A DNA stretch of 64,000 nt, taken from Octopus sinensis. Taxonomy: Eukaryota. The stretch spans positions 125,116,001 to 125,180,000 of the forward strand of contig NC_042997.1 in assembly GCF_006345805.1 (NCBI RefSeq). The letters run 5' to 3'. Under the pieces are notes generated by a model. The model was given only the letters and a program-made list of their open reading frames with translations, did no database searches and had not been told where the DNA came from. The position numbers and the translations under genes were made by a program. Of the stretch, positions 62,190 to 64,000 are shown in pieces; the stretch's first letter is position 1, and each line of letters opens with the position of its first letter.

Positions 62190-62445
62190 GTGGAGGCGCG
62201 TGGCTTAGTGGCTAGGGTGTCAGCATTATAATCGTAAGATTGGGGTTTCGATTCCTGGACCGGGTGACGCGTTATGTTCTTGAGCAAAACACTTCATTTC
62301 ACGTTGCTCCAGTCCACTCAGCTGGCAAAAATGAGTAACGCTGCGATGGACTGGCGTCCCGTCCAGCTGGGGAACACATACGCCATAGAAACCGGGAAAC
62401 CGGGCCTATGAGCCTTGCTAGGCTTTAAAAGGGCGCATTTATTTA
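62190..62445 (+). mobile_element. tRNA-derived SINE family C variant
   Basis: GTGGAGGCGCGTGGCTTAGTGG (box A), GGTTTCGATTCC (box B), ttcttgagcaaaacacttcatttcacgttgctccag, then gatggactggcgtcccgtccag. Confidence 0.8.
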
Positions 62446-63049
62446 TTTTTTTGTTTAATTATTCAAATGCAACCTAAACGCCTAAAATAACATTCGCAAA
62501 GCCTCCATGAACCTTGACAGTACCTTAGCTAGAAGCAAGAGAAGCTAGACTCTTTTAACGATACAGAAGCTCATACATTACGTATGTTTAGAAACATCTT
62601 CACTCGTAAATAACACGAATAAAAGTTACATAGTCACTACAGATACTATTCACATCATCACTGATGATCTTTTATAGTGACCTCATATATATAAAATTAA
62701 CAAACGAGCAGCACAAAGACTTACATTTCTTTTCGAAAGAAGAAAATATTTCATATCTGATTAGTTGTTGAACTTCTATCAAGTTTGAACCACATTAGAG
62801 TGCTATTAGCATATATGGAGTGTTTTACAACAACACTCGCAGACATCACAGAATACGTTCAAAAGAAGACCATTTAACTGATTGCCTCATCAAACCATGC
62901 ATTACTAGGACATGTACGTGTTACTTCTCTGTGTTTCATATTGCCATTACAGCGACATCTGTTCTTTTGAACCGAGTGGCTGCATCTAACTCGTTCCATC
63001 TCTCACCACTCCTAATACAGTAGAACTATTATTTTTCCTTCGATATAAA

Positions 63050-63280
63050 AGGCGACGAGCTGGCAGAAACGTTAGCACGCCGGGCGAAATGCGTAGCCGT
63101 ATTTCGTCTGCCGTTACGTTCTGAGTTCAAATTCCATCGAGGTCGGCTTTGTCTTTCATCCTTTCGGGGTCGATAAATTAAGTACCAGTTACGCACTAGG
63201 GTCGATGTAATCGACTTAAATCCGTTTGTCTGTCCTTGTTTGTCCCCTCTGTGTTTAGCCCCTTGTGGGCAGTAAAGAAA
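63050..63280 (+). mobile_element. Full-length SINE family B monomer
   Basis: ggcgacgagctggcagaaacgttagcacgccggg..GAGTTCAAATTCC..tttcatcctttcggggtcgataaattaagtaccag..gtaaagaaa. Confidence 0.88.
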
Positions 63281-63480
63281 TTCAATTCAATTCAATTTTT
63301 ATTGGCTCAAAAAGCAAAACCAAGGCCATGTAGGGGGACAGAGAGTTATGTACAGGGAGGGTGGTCATACAAAGAGTTCAGGACATTTCTGGTCAAGAGA
63401 ATGTCTGATCAAAGAGTTCAGGCCATTTCTGGTCGAAAAATATATATAAGGTGGGAGAGATACAAAATGACATATAGTAT
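63281..63480 (-). mobile_element. Possible 3' end of an unidentified retroposon with a (TTGAA)n tail
   Basis: Minus strand ends ..gccAATAAAaattgaattgaattgaa (polyA signal, then a pentamer tail). Internal direct repeat caaagagttcagg.catttctggtc occurs twice. Confidence 0.4.
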
Positions 63481-64000
63481 TGTATTTAGTTAGGTCTGGT
63501 TCACTGTGAGCTCAAAATACCATTTTACTTCCTCCATGTGGACTAGTTTAAATAAATACTAGTGATATAGTAGGGTTCATACAACTTTGATATTTGTGGT
63601 CATCTGCTACCAAATGCAATTAAGTTTATTACCAGAACGAGAAGAAATCAAATGACTGCAAGAAAACTAGAAAGGATGTGTAGAATAAATCGAAAAAATC
63701 TTTAGTTAGTTACTGGTATTTCTTTGTCTCTGAATGGTCAATGACGAAATCGTCTCCAGCATGATTACAACTGCTCTCATAAAAGAACAAGACTAAAGAC
63801 TGCAATTCCTTCTATACGTCTCGTACCGTTTTTATCACAGTAATAATATTCATATAAAACATAGTATTGATTTCTAGCATAGATGCGAGGCCTCATATAT
63901 TTTTGGATACGTATCGATCATACAAGTACCTGTTAGCGAGTAGTATTTATATATACTTATACATTGACCTCAGATGGATGAATGACAAAGTCTATCATAG

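Overview
This is AT-rich, repeat-dominated eukaryotic DNA. It is probably cephalopod (Octopus); that is an inference from SINE families I recognise from memory and from the microsatellite load. I cannot support any intact host protein-coding gene, rRNA, tRNA gene or CRISPR array. Most ORF-track peptides are microsatellite read-throughs. Interspersed and tandem repeats present: three tRNA-derived SINE families; LINE remnants (L1/Tx1, CR1-group, R4/Dong-like, RTE, Penelope-like); Tc1/mariner relics (DD37D, DD34D, deleted mariner MITEs); hAT- and Tigger-like MITEs; two minisatellites; a 100-N gap; and a ~1.36 kb near-identical inverted duplication. Highlights: (1) a Tx1 LINE whose three copies all have (GATA)n at both ends, suggesting GATA-microsatellite targeting. 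(2) Several unrelated type I hammerhead-ribozyme motifs. Two sit in the loop of a long inverted repeat beside a (TA)n tract. Three carry AATAAA inside loop II, 17-26 nt before the cleavage site. (3) A CR1-group LINE 3' end and the main SINE tail share a 39-nt motif with a covarying stem-loop. SINE and relic boundaries are approximate and were read by eye.
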